Assembly: GCF_001194135.2 (NCBI RefSeq)
Contig: NC_068997.1
Location: 32,993,169-33,040,074, forward strand
Origin: Octopus bimaculoides
Taxonomy: Eukaryota
Length of the DNA stretch: 46,906 bases
Direction of reading: 5' to 3'
The notes under the pieces are model-generated. The model was not told where the DNA came from. It was given only the letters and a program-made list of their open reading frames with translations, and ran no database searches. Made by a program: the position numbers and the translations under genes. Each line of letters starts with the position of its first letter. Within the stretch, counting starts at the first letter, position 1. Shown here in pieces: positions 25,182 through 36,339 of the stretch.

Positions 25182-25477
25182 CTTTTTCCAAAAGTTTGCC
25201 TGTTTTCTAGGGTTATTAAGCTGTTATTTTCAGCTTCCCAATCGACCAATTGGTGGCTCTTTCGTTGGCTGCTACAAGACCAAGTAGTATTTATGTCTAC
25301 ACAGATATTTGTAGTGTAAGATATGTGAAATGCCATAGTCCTTAACTCTTCTTTACAGATTACTTCATCCAACTTTGGAGCCTCTGAAAAGTAATGGGAC
25401 TTGCTTTTCCTTCTCCCATGAAGCAATATCTCATTTTGTGACGCATGTTTCACCAGAAATGTACTGCCAGAGCTCTC
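25182..25477 (-). CDS. Candidate coding exon of an unidentified gene (296 nt, phase 0 to 2)
   Basis: Pyrimidine-rich tract plus AATTCAG|GAG acceptor, 98 open codons (ESSGSTFLVKHASQNEILLH..LDEVICKEELR..ENRQTFGK), then AAG|GTAAGA donor. No family recognised. Confidence 0.3.
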
Positions 25478-25916
25478 CTGAATTTGAGATGGAAAAATTT
25501 ACATCCGGTAGGGCAGACAAAACAGTTATGTTCAGGAGAGATGGAAAACAGAAACCATGGAGTTATCAAAATTCATTTTGGTGAAGGCGTCTAAAGATTA
25601 TTTTTCTTTTTGTATGGTTTAAAATGCAAATGCTATATTGTAGAGTGAGGGTGGGTGGAGCAAAAAAACAAAACAAAAGCAGAGTATTAGGAGAGTGAAA
25701 GAGAGAAGGTAGATAGGTAGTGAGGTATGGGGAGAAAGAGAGAGAGGGAGAGAGACTGAGATATAGAAAGAGAAAGCTGAAGGAGAAATATGGTGATAGA
25801 GATTACAGATTAAGAAAAGAGAACAGGTCTAATTATTTGTTTGCGAACATAGCTTTATACCCTATTTATTGCCTGATTGGCCATACACACACACATACAC
25901 TCACAGACTCTCTCTT

Positions 25917-25955
<39 letters not shown>

Positions 25956-26419
25956 TACACACACAAACACACAAGTATGTATGTGTGTACGTGTGCATGC
26001 ATACACACACTAAGTAAATATATATACTCACGTATGATAAACATATATTTTACCCTATGATTTAATCACACTTTTCCAAAAAATAAATATCGATGCGGTT
26101 GATGTTTAGCTTGTACGTCTGTAGTTTGTTGTTTGCAAAATGAGTTAGAGGTGATCAGAATTTTGAATGCTAAATACACCAGATTGGCCCAACCATTTAG
26201 TGCATAGGAGAGGAGCATAAGGGTGTTGTAAAGAAAAATGACGGCTCCAGAAGCTTTTGATGATGCAAGGCAGAAAAAGAAAATTGCGCATTTTTAATCT
26301 AGTGATTGAAACATTTTGATCAGTGAATGTTTGTCAATCAGTCAAATGGTTACGTTTAATGTCGTTTTTTCTATACTTATATCGTTTTTTTTTTCTATAC
26401 GCATCTATAGATTAAAAAA

Positions 26420-26800
26420 AAACAGAGATGCAAAGCATTTTCTCTCTATGATCAATAAAATATTTCACGAATGCTTACAAATTCGACCAGTTGCTTACCA
26501 AGAACAACTACAACAACAACATAAAGGTTCGCTACAGCTGTATGCAAAAAGGCTTTATGAACCATTCAGAGTCACACTATAATAATATTGCCAACGAGCA
26601 TTAAAAGAAGCTCGACATGCAATTTCGAAAGTAACAAGCTTTGTCTCCTAAAAGGTAAATACCAAGGAAAAGTCATTATGTATGGTGCAGATGTTTCCTC
26701 CAATAATATACCAACAATAAAGGATTTACAGAACACTCCTACAAACGTTATCTATGACAGTGCAACATCCCATTTTATCACTGACACCGAAGTTGGATGG
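26420..26800 (+). mobile_element. Penelope-like element, RT-to-GIY-YIG linker fragment
   Basis: AKHFLSMINK, NNNIKVRYSCM and TCNFESNKLCLLKGKYQGKVIMYGADV resemble PLE KVSYSCM and CNC..CPL.G.C..VY.A.V motifs. Confidence 0.65.
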
Positions 26801-26861
26801 ACTGCACTAGTCTGTGGCTGAAATATTTACCTTCCTCTTAATAAAAATTCTAAAATAATCC

Positions 26862-27068
26862 TTTCTACTATAGGGAGAAGGCCTAAAGATTTGTGGGGAG
26901 GGGATAGTCGATTAGATTTACCCCAGTACTCAACTGGTACTTATTTTATCGATCCCGAAAGGATGACAAGCAAAGTCGACCTCGGCAGAATTTGAAATCA
27001 GAACGTACAGACAGATGAAATGTCACTATGCATTTTGCCCGGCATGCTAACGATTCTACCAGCTTGCT
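26862..27068 (-). mobile_element. tRNA-derived SINE (same family as 13454)
   Basis: Reverse complement of the 13454 and 43831 copies, including the CCCGAAAGGATGA core and the TTTCTAC tail. Confidence 0.88.
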
Positions 27069-27089
27069 TTATTATTATTATTAATATTA

Positions 27090-30000
27090 TTTGAAGAACG
27101 TTAGCCTGGTAGTTTTTTGGTAAGCGAGCTTTGATCTTGTGCCGCTAATATGAAACCTTCAGTCTCTGCTTTCAGTCCTGAGCTACTCAGCCACTGATGG
27201 GTTGTTGTTTGGTCTACATCAGCATTTCGGCTTCGAAGTATATATTGTCCATGTAGAGACTTCTGGCTCCACCACTCCTCAATTTGTTTCTACCTGTTCT
27301 TTTTTGCAGTCCGTTTGATCCGTTTTGCTTGTTTGGAGGAAGCGGGTTCAGGTTCTACATCTAATTCAGGGTTAATGCCGAGTTCCCTTATGAATTTGCC
27401 AGCTTCCTTGACAATAGAATGTGATTTTTTCCAGCTTTTGTGTTTGTACACAAGCCGCAGCATTCAGTTCTCTGCACTAGATAAATACTTGCTCGCTTCT
27501 ATTGTGGATTAAAACTGTACTGGACTATTGGAAGTGCTAGAGTGTTAATGGCTTCGATGCAATTTTTGGAGTTGAGTTCAGTTTTTAGTATGAGTCTTAC
27601 TTTCCTGTAATACTCCTTTCGTATTGTTTCCTTCATAGTAGCATGTTGTATACCATCTCCTTCGTTTATCCCCAGATATTTATAGCTTTCTTGTGGATCA
27701 AGCTCCTTGATGGTAGTGTCGGTATCTAATTTAATGGAAGCAGTTTGCTTGAGCTTGCCTCTTACAAAAGTTTCTTTAGCGCACTTATCAAGGCTAACAT
27801 CCATTCCGTTGTCATTGCTGAACTCTTTAACAGTTGTTAACAGCCCTACTAGCTCTTCGTCATTTCTAGCAAACAGCTTCAGATCGTCCATATATAACAG
27901 ATGGTTTCCTATAATATTATACACTTTGAACCGATACCTGGTGTTACACAATTCGTTTGAGAGTGGGATCAGTGACAGGCAAGACAGTAATGGGGAGAGG
28001 AAGCCACCTTGAAAGATGCTTCGTTTGATGTTGTTAGATCGGCTCATTACTATGGAGACGTATTCCCCTTGGCCGTGCTACCTTGTAAAAATTTGGAGAC
28101 TACAGAAGACATCTTATATACCTCAAGGGCCTTGAGTAGCCAATTATGTGGGACACTATCAAACGCCTTCATATAGTCTATCTATGCCATACTCAGGTTC
28201 TTCTTTTTGCTCCGGCAATTCTCTACAATCATTTTATTTATGATTAATTGACCTTTGCATGCATAAGAATTTTTTTTACAATCTTTTTTGAGCTTGTGGA
28301 AGGATAGAGTTCTGTTCAAGGAAAGTGTATATTCTTTCAGTTCGTATCGATGTGAGGATCTCGTTGGTGGTGTTGAGATATGTTGTTGATCGGTAGTTCT
28401 TTGGAATTTTCGTGTCTTCACTTTTTGGTAGAATGTATGATGTTCCTTCGGTCAGCTAGGCAGGTATTTGCTCTTGGTTCTGGATGACATCAGTTCGAGA
28501 AGCAACGTACTTCTGTCAAACAATACAGCCAGAAGTTAGGGATCTGGTCCAGTCCTGGGGTTTTCCATTTGTGAGACATTCTAAGAATACATCTTAGCTC
28601 TTCTACTCCCATTGCCTCCCATTTCTGCTCTTCAACTTCATCCAGTCTTACTTTCTCACGCTCTATCCAGTCAGCTTCAGCATTATATTCTTTTTTGTTG
28701 CTCCATGTCTTCTTCCAGAACTCTCAGTCTTAGGTGGCTCCTTTCCTTCTATCTTGCTTTTGCCAATTTCCCTATAAAATTTCTTTGCATCCGTCTTGAA
28801 TACCTTGTGTCATACCTTCTGAGATGTTTTGCTTTCAGTTGTATTCGTTGTTTCACTAGTTCCTTCGTTGCAGGGAGACTTATGAAATATTTGATTTTAT
28901 ATTTTTGCTTGATTTTTCTAGTTTGGGTTGTCTTAAAATTTACTCTAGCAAGTTCATCGAGAACTGATGCATCCACCCGCAAACATCCGATCTCTTTTTG
29001 TATTGCTACTTTCTACATTGGAGGTCTATTGACATGGTTAGTCCTTTTCTGTATTGTCTTGATACCTAGTTGAGCATTTACAACTTTAGCAGTGGAATAG
29101 ATGAGGTTAGTTAAGGTTGTTAGGTCATTTCCCTTATTTCTTAAGATCTGTATAAGAGCAACATTATATATCATGATTGAGTTGTTATTTTTTATGCCGT
29201 TTGAGAGCTCTGGTAGCGGTACTCTATTGATCGTGTCAGTAAACTCAGTCTTGCTGAGTTCTCTCATAATATCTTCTTTTGCTTCTATGATCTTCTCTTT
29301 ATTATTCACCTCAAATTCTGTGTCATATCTATTCTGGTTTTCTCGAGGCAGGTCTACTTCTTCCTCTTTTCCCGCATATCTGTTCTTCACTATTCTTTCT
29401 TTAGCTTCCTCGTTGGGATGAACTGCTTATACACTGGGTTCTGTGCACCTGTTACCTATTCCACCGGCATTATTGCTGTTTTCATTTGTCTACCATGAGG
29501 TATTTAAGTACTAATTTGGCTATTTTCAGCGTCAGTTAACCTCTTATTCTTAACGATGTCTCTACGTGAATTACTTAGTTTATTTGCGTCTATATATTTG
29601 CGTACTTCGTTGCCTACTAAGTTTTCCCCTGAAGTGTATGTTTGTACAATGAGGTTATTGTTTGGGTTTAGTTGGGCTGTATAGAAAGGATTCAACACAT
29701 CTCTATAATCCTCTCCAACCCATTTTATGCGTTTTGCTTTAGGTGGTGTATTTTTTGTGGTGTCACTACAGGTTTAGGATTAGGGTTATCCTGGTTCTGG
29801 CTACCTAGTAGTTCGTTGCTTTGAGAGTTGATCCAGCAGCAGACTTTTCGACTCCAGTTTGGTTCCCCACTGGGTAACGCGGTCTTTCTACCGGGTGATG
29901 ACCGATTCGGTATGAGTCTCGACTTATTAAAGCATTGACGGTGACAATAGAAGACATGTCTGTTTGTTCAGGGTTGACTTTTCAACGACACCACTTCCTT

Positions 30001-30592
30001 GTTTTTCGAATGGATATATTTGTCATAACGTAGGCTGATAGATCGAAAATTGCCTCTATTTATTTTGGTAGCTATGTTTCCGAGCATAATTGTTTAGTGA
30101 TTATTTAAACTGAGTGACTAATTTGCTCTTTTTTATATTCATTTGTGGGAAGTCGCTTTGTTTTTGTTTGGTTCGGCGCCGCTCGTGACACGTGTTTTTC
30201 TTTTATTTTCTGTGTGTGCACATATGCTTCGTGTAGGCATTATTTATGTAGCTTGAAATATTAGCATGTGCACATGGATGTATGGGCAGGTGCATGTATA
30301 GCTAATTATTGAATTTACGTACTTGCTGTGTAATTGGTGTGTTTGGTGCGTTTTCCCAGCATTTCTGGTGCTGGTTTCGATATCTTGCGTATGTCACATT
30401 CAGAAATCGTGCATTTAAGAAAGAAACTACACTGTATTTAACAAAAATCCTTCCGATTTTTTTAGTTCCTTTGCTTTAACAGAACTTTTCCCACAGTTGT
30501 ATCGCGAAGTTTTCCTTCCATTGCCCCAATGTTATCGGATTAAGTTTTGTTTTGTGTACGTCCATGTTGTTGTTGTGGCAAAATTTAAAACC

Positions 30593-30593
<1 letters not shown>
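27090..30593 (-). mobile_element. R4/Dong-clade non-LTR retrotransposon, 5'UTR through RT (inverted segment)
   Basis: N-terminal YIDANKLSNSRRDIVKNKRLTD. RT motifs IDYMKAFDSVPH, IFQG..LSPLL, NHLLYMDDLKLF, YKYLG and ELNSKNCIEAINTLA. Ends at LHGQY..LKAETEGFILAAQDQ..NYQANVLQ. Multiple disruptions. Confidence 0.92.
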
Positions 30594-30634
<41 letters not shown>

Positions 30635-30714
30635 AATAATAATAATAATAATAACAACAACAACAACAACAACAACAATAATAATAATAATAAGTATTAT
30701 TATTATTATTATTA
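30594..30714. repeat. Quasi-palindromic compound microsatellite (TTA)n(TAA)n(CAA)n(TAA)n-G-(TAT)n
   Basis: Read directly from the sequence; it joins the two pieces of the R4/Dong element. Confidence 0.95.
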
Positions 30715-31458
30715 TCTGACCCTAAATGCAGATTCTGCGATAAATTTGATGAAACAATAGACCATCTCGTCTCTGAATGTCCTGTACTGATACCAAACGA
30801 ATACGAAAATCGCCACGATTGGGTAGGACAGTATTTACATTGGAAAATATGTAAACACTACAAAATCAGCACTCCTGCTTACTGGTATGAACATCATCCT
30901 GAGCCAGTCGTTGAAGGTAAAAATGTCACTACCCTCTGGGATTTTCCAGTCAATCCTGACAGAAATGATCCAAACTAATTGACCAGATGTAGTCATTAAT
31001 GACAGAGAAGAAAATACTTGTAGACTAATATATGTAAATGTTCCTACTAATAAAAATATATCTGTAAAGGAATTTGGCAAATTAAGCAAGTATAAGGACC
31101 TGGAAATTGAAATAAAAAGGATGTGGCATCTTAAATCGAGAACTGTTGCTGTTATTGTGGGTGCCATAGGTATGATAAGAAAGGTATGTCAGAAACATCT
31201 AGATAATATCCCAGGAGAACCATGTCTCAGAGAAATTCAGAACATTGTGCTGACAAGTACTGCCCACATCCTGAGAAAAAACCCTATCAATTTAATTGCC
31301 TGTGTTGTACTATATGAAGATATTTCGCTACACCCCCTGCCACTTGTCCTCCCCAAGCTTTCAGTCATAATGTAACATCTCTTATCCTTCACGCACCCTT
31401 GGACGCTGGGTGTGTCTCGGCAAGTGACTGTAACAAACATGCAGATTAAAAGTAAATG
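30715..31458 (+). mobile_element. R4/Dong 3' segment: CCHC knuckle, restriction-like endonuclease domain and 3'UTR
   Basis: SDPKCRFCDKFDETIDHLVSEC..RHDWVGQYLHWKIC..WYEHHPEPV..PDVVIND..KLSKYKDLEIEIKRMW..VIVGAIG..AHILRK. Confidence 0.92.
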
Positions 31459-31700
31459 ATAATAATAAGAACAACAATAACAATGATAACAATGAAGATG
31501 ATGATGATAATGGTGGTGGTGGTAGTGGTGGTGGTGGTGGTGTTGGTAGTGGTAGTAGTAGTAGCAGCAGTAGCAAAATATGAAAAGCCGCAACAACAGG
31601 AATTACAACTACTAAAACTAATACGCTAATACCACTATAATATCAAGAACAACAGCTATTGCAACTACTGTTCTTACAACTAAAACAACGACTACAACTG
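31459..31700. repeat. Degenerate trinucleotide array (TAA/CAA/GAT/GGT/AGT/CTA)
   Basis: Begins directly after the R4/Dong 3' end. Confidence 0.85.
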
Positions 31701-32256
31701 GGTGATATATTTTGTTAAAATTCTCTGCAGCTGTATTCAGTGGACACCCTCCCCCCTCTTCTGCAGGAACAATAGCGGATGATGAGATTGTCGCCTATTT
31801 TATTCACAAGGTTCTTTAACTGAAACAAACTCAAAGAAATAGAAAACAAAATAGCTGTCTGAAACCTACTTAATGCTATACAGGACCAAATGTTGACGCT
31901 AATAAGATGCCAAAGAAAATAGACGTCAGTCGATCATTCCATCATTTCAAACGCCAATCACCGAACGTTTTGTGTGTTCATTTAGCCGGAATATATTTCT
32001 CATTCTTCCCCACGACATTACATATTTATACGTCTGGATGTTTGTTGTTCTTGTTCTCGTTCTTGTTTAGCCCCAGGTCGACCTTTATCAAGGTCTAGAA
32101 TATCTAATATGTGCTCCACATGCGACAGTTGTGATTTGAAATAGATTTTCTTAGTATTTCTAGAAGGTCGGGCCTTCTAGAAGTGCTAGAAATGTTACAG
32201 AGCCTTCATCGTTGGTTCATAAATGTACTATTTTTGTATATGAATATTGGAGAGAT

Positions 32257-32304
<48 letters not shown>

Positions 32305-33386
32305 TGTGTGTGTACTTGTGTGTGTATTTTGCGTGTGTATATTTGTGTGAGTGTATGTGCTTGGAAAACATAAGCATGATTATGCTTAGGCTTTCACAAG
32401 TACAAGATAACTGCCCTTGGAATTGATTCTTTCGGGGAAACTAATCGTATTAAGAGGATATGGCTACAGTTGACACAATATGGAAGCAGTTTGTTGAACA
32501 CACAAGAACATAATGAGGAATGTACACCAAATTGACATATACTGATAAAAAAAAAAAGCAGCATTCATACGACTCAGGGATTACTTATATCGCACCAATT
32601 TGCTGAGTCGAACAATAAATAGCAAAAAAAAACGAGATAGATACACAAAAACTAAGTTTGACAACGCCATCTGAGAAAACTGATTAGCTTAAACTTTTCA
32701 TTAATATGTCGGTTTAAAACAGCGATCTTCTTGCAAGTTAAGGCGATTCAGAAAATTATCAAATTATAAGATGTAGCAAGAAAATAAGATTATAATTACA
32801 CAGTAGTTGCCATAATGATAGGGATTAATAGGCCAAAAGAAGATGAATGAAATATACCTCCTCTAATAATAATAACTAAGCAATTTCTGCAGCCCTAACA
32901 ACGGCTACACTACGTTATAAGTCATAATAGCAATTTCATTAAACTAACCAGGGAGTTGCTACGTGGTTTGCGATCAATTAGAAATAGCAGCCGAACTTCC
33001 ACTACAGATCGCTCTCTTAGGAAAGAAAGCCGCATTGGATAAGGAGGACCTACGAAAGATACGGGTTGGCTACAGTTTTAAAATTTGACATTTAGATGTA
33101 TTTAGTAAGAGTAAATCTGGGGCTAAACACATTAACAACCCAAGACTTCAACAGCCAGGAACCTTACTCATTAAACATCTTTCCAAGATTCATTTCCAAG
33201 AACTAAAGCTGAAATATAAACTGAAAGTAACAGATCTCTGAAAAACAACATTTTGGCTTCTTTTATCCGTCGATTGCCAGAAAGAAAAGATAAGTAATAG
33301 GGAGATTACCAAATGTCAAAGCTTCTAAGTTTGACAAAATCACGGGCATATAAAAAAAAAACATCTCGGAACTGGAAATATCATTG

Positions 33387-33438
<52 letters not shown>

Positions 33439-33485
33439 GTTATGTATTAATATGTGTGTATGTGTCTACGTATAAATATATATAT

Positions 33486-33840
33486 ATTCTTTTATTCTTT
33501 TACTTGTTTCAGTCATTTGGCTGCGGCCATGCTATATATATATCCATGTTTATATGTACATTATGTGAAGTACCCCTTCAATGCTACCGGTGACATAATA
33601 ATCCTGTACATGTTCCACGAGCGTGTCGTCGGTGACTAAGCTGAGAACTGTACCAAGCTAGCTTAGTGAGCACCGCCTTTAGTCGAACAAGTCGATCCCA
33701 GGACTTATTCTTTGTAAGCCTAGTACTTATTCTATCGGACGCTTTTGCCGAACCCCTACATTACAGGGACAGACACAAACACACCAACATCGGTTGTCAA
33801 GCGACGGTGGGAGGACAAACACAGACACAAATATATACAT
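33486..33840 (-). mobile_element. SINE 3' part interrupted by a ~135-bp insertion
   Basis: TTGTTTCAGTCATTTGGCTGCGGCCATGCT [33532-33666 insert] GAGCACCGCCTTTAGTCG..GGACAAACACAGACAC. Confidence 0.85.
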
Positions 33841-33856
33841 ATTTGTGAGTGTGTGC

Positions 33857-33893
<37 letters not shown>

Positions 33894-34011
33894 CGTTGAA
33901 TTAGATTCGTCCTTTAATTTTGAGGCCTCCAAAAAAGATTTCTAATATTGGTTCTTCATATTTTGCTGGTAGTTTACAGGCGAAAATTTGCGAATATGAA
34001 AATAATACTTG

Positions 34012-34813
34012 TATATGATGTATTGTGAATTTATGGAAAGAAATCTCATAAAACTTAACAATTTTGTTTAAGATGGAGAAGAAAAGATATTAAAATATCA
34101 AAGAGAATTTTAATCCATGTAGACGATCGTTTCGTATAGAGATATAAAAATCATACAAATTCATGGTTGAATTGAATTGATTAAATTAATTAAATTAATT
34201 ATATATCACTGTACTCTTCAGTGCAAGAAGTATAAACAAAACTTTTACAAAGGACTTGAGAAATGAAATAGAATAGAATCTAGGAGATTCATATTTATTC
34301 TTATGAGAAAAAGAGATATGTGAGTTCAGTTAGGTATTAACTACAACTAATGTCTATAACGGTTATTTGAAAATAAAAGTAAAAGAGATTTCATAGATGT
34401 CCCCTCTGTATATGAGTTGGGATATAGGAAATAGAGGGAACGTCTCTGAAACCTCTTTTTATTATATTTTCAAATAACCGTTATAGACATAGGTTGTAGT
34501 TAATACCAAGCTGAACTCACATATCTCTTTTTCTCATAAGAATAAATATGAATCTCCTAGATTCTATTCTATTTCCTTTCTCAAGTCCTTTGTAAAAACT
34601 TTGTTTATACTTCTTGCACTGAAGAGTCCAGTGATATATAATTAATTTAATCAATTTAATCAATTCAATTCAGCCATGAATTTGCATGATCTTTATATCT
34701 CTATACGAAACGATCTTCTGCATGGATTAAAATTCCCTTATATATAACATCTCTTCTCCATTTTTAACAAAATTGTTGAGTTTTATGGGATTTCTTTCCA
34801 GAAATTCACAACA

Positions 34814-34822
<9 letters not shown>
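34012..34822. repeat. 811-bp palindrome (foldback): ~390-bp arms and a 25-nt spacer
   Basis: 34012-34407 is the reverse complement of 34433-34822 at roughly 90% identity by eye, e.g. TATATGATGTATTGTGAATTTATGGAAAGAAATC versus GATTTCTTTCCAGAAATTCACAACACATCATATA. Confidence 0.95.
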
Positions 34823-34861
<39 letters not shown>

Positions 34862-34863
<2 letters not shown>

Positions 34864-34984
34864 GATAGGCGTCTTTCAGTTTCTATCTACCAAATCTGCT
34901 CGCAAGGATTTGGTCGGAGTAGGACTGAACACAGAACCATGTGGTTGAGAAGCAAGCTTCTCACCACACAGCCACGCCTGCGCC
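34862..34984 (-). mobile_element. SINE head with internal deletion
   Basis: Minus strand GGCGCAGGCGTGGCTGTGTGGTGAGAAGCTTGCT; same family as 12231. Probably the head of the SINE whose tail lies at 33486-33840. Confidence 0.8.
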
Positions 34985-36339
34985 TACATATGTGTGTGTG
35001 TGTACGCGTGTGTGTGTGCCTGTGTGTATGTATATATAAGTATGTTTATATGTACATTATGTCAAGTACCTTTTCAGTGCTACCGGTAACATAATAATCC
35101 AGTACAACATGTTCCACGAGCGTGTCGTCAGTGACTAAACTGACAACTGTACCAAGCTAGCTTAGTGAGGAATGCGATTTCTTTTTTTTTTTTTGACACA
35201 CTACGAGACAAAGAAAAACAACAGACCCATTAAATGCTGGATGAACTCATGCCATTCAATTGTGGGTACATATGTTTTACTCAAATCCCTACAGACTTGT
35301 AGGGATCCTTTTGTGGGAAAAGTAAGAGATGGTGCTCTGAAATCAAACATGCAGGTGAGGTAGCTGCCAGTCATTTTGCAATGCTTGTTATTGGACTCCA
35401 GTCACTGTCATTTAGGTGCAAGTGTATTTTTACTTGATTCCAATGACGTGCACATGTCTTATATTCCATCTCGTTTATCTTGTCCATTACTTAAATCCCT
35501 TGCAATCAAGAAGTGGGGGCGAATTGCAAAGCAATTTATCGGGATTATATAGATTGATTGAGACTGTCTAGTTGAAGTATCGTCATATATATATNNNNNN
35601 NNNNNNNNNNNNNNNNNNNNNNNNNNNNNNNNNNNNNNNNNNNNNNNNNNNNNNNNNNNNNNNNNNNNNNNNNNNNNNNNNNNNNNNNNNNNNNNNNNNN
35701 NNNNNNNNNNNNNNNNNNNNNNNNNNNNNNNNNNNNNNNNNNNNNNNNNNNNNNNNNNNNNNNNNNNNNNNNNNNNNNNNNNNNNNNNNNNNNNNNNNNN
35801 NNNNNNNNNNNNNNNNNNNNNNNNNNNNNNNNNNNNNNNNNNNNNNNNNNNNNNNNNNNNNNNNNNNNNNNNNNNNNNNNNNNNNNNNNNNNNNNNNNNN
35901 NNNNNNNNNNNNNNNNNNNNNNNNNNNNNNNNNNNNNNNNNNNNNNNNNNNNNNNNNNNNNNNNNNNNNNNNNNNNNNNNNNNNNNNNNNNNNNNNNNNN
36001 NNNNNNNNNNNNNNNNNNNNNNNNNNNNNNNNNNNNNNNNNNNNNNNNNNNNNNNNNNNNNNNNNNNNNNNNNNNNNNNNNNNNNNNNNNNNNNNNNNNN
36101 NNNNNNNNNNNNNNNNNNNNNNNNNNNNNNNNNNNNNNNNNNNNNNNNNNNNNNNNNNNNNNNNNNNNNNNNNNNNNNNNNNNNNNNNNNNNNNNNNNNN
36201 NNNNNNNNNNNNNNNNNNNNNNNNNNNNNNNNNNNNNNNNNNNNNNNNNNNNNNNNNNNNNNNNNNNNNNNNNNNNNNNNNNNNNNNNNNNNNNNNNNNN
36301 NNNNNNNNNNNNNNNNTATATATATATATATATGGAAAA

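Noticed and set aside
35190-35585. Continuation of the Helitron Rep ORF beyond the gap
   Set aside because: Only a marginal TIEW resemblance, with no clear Rep motifs.
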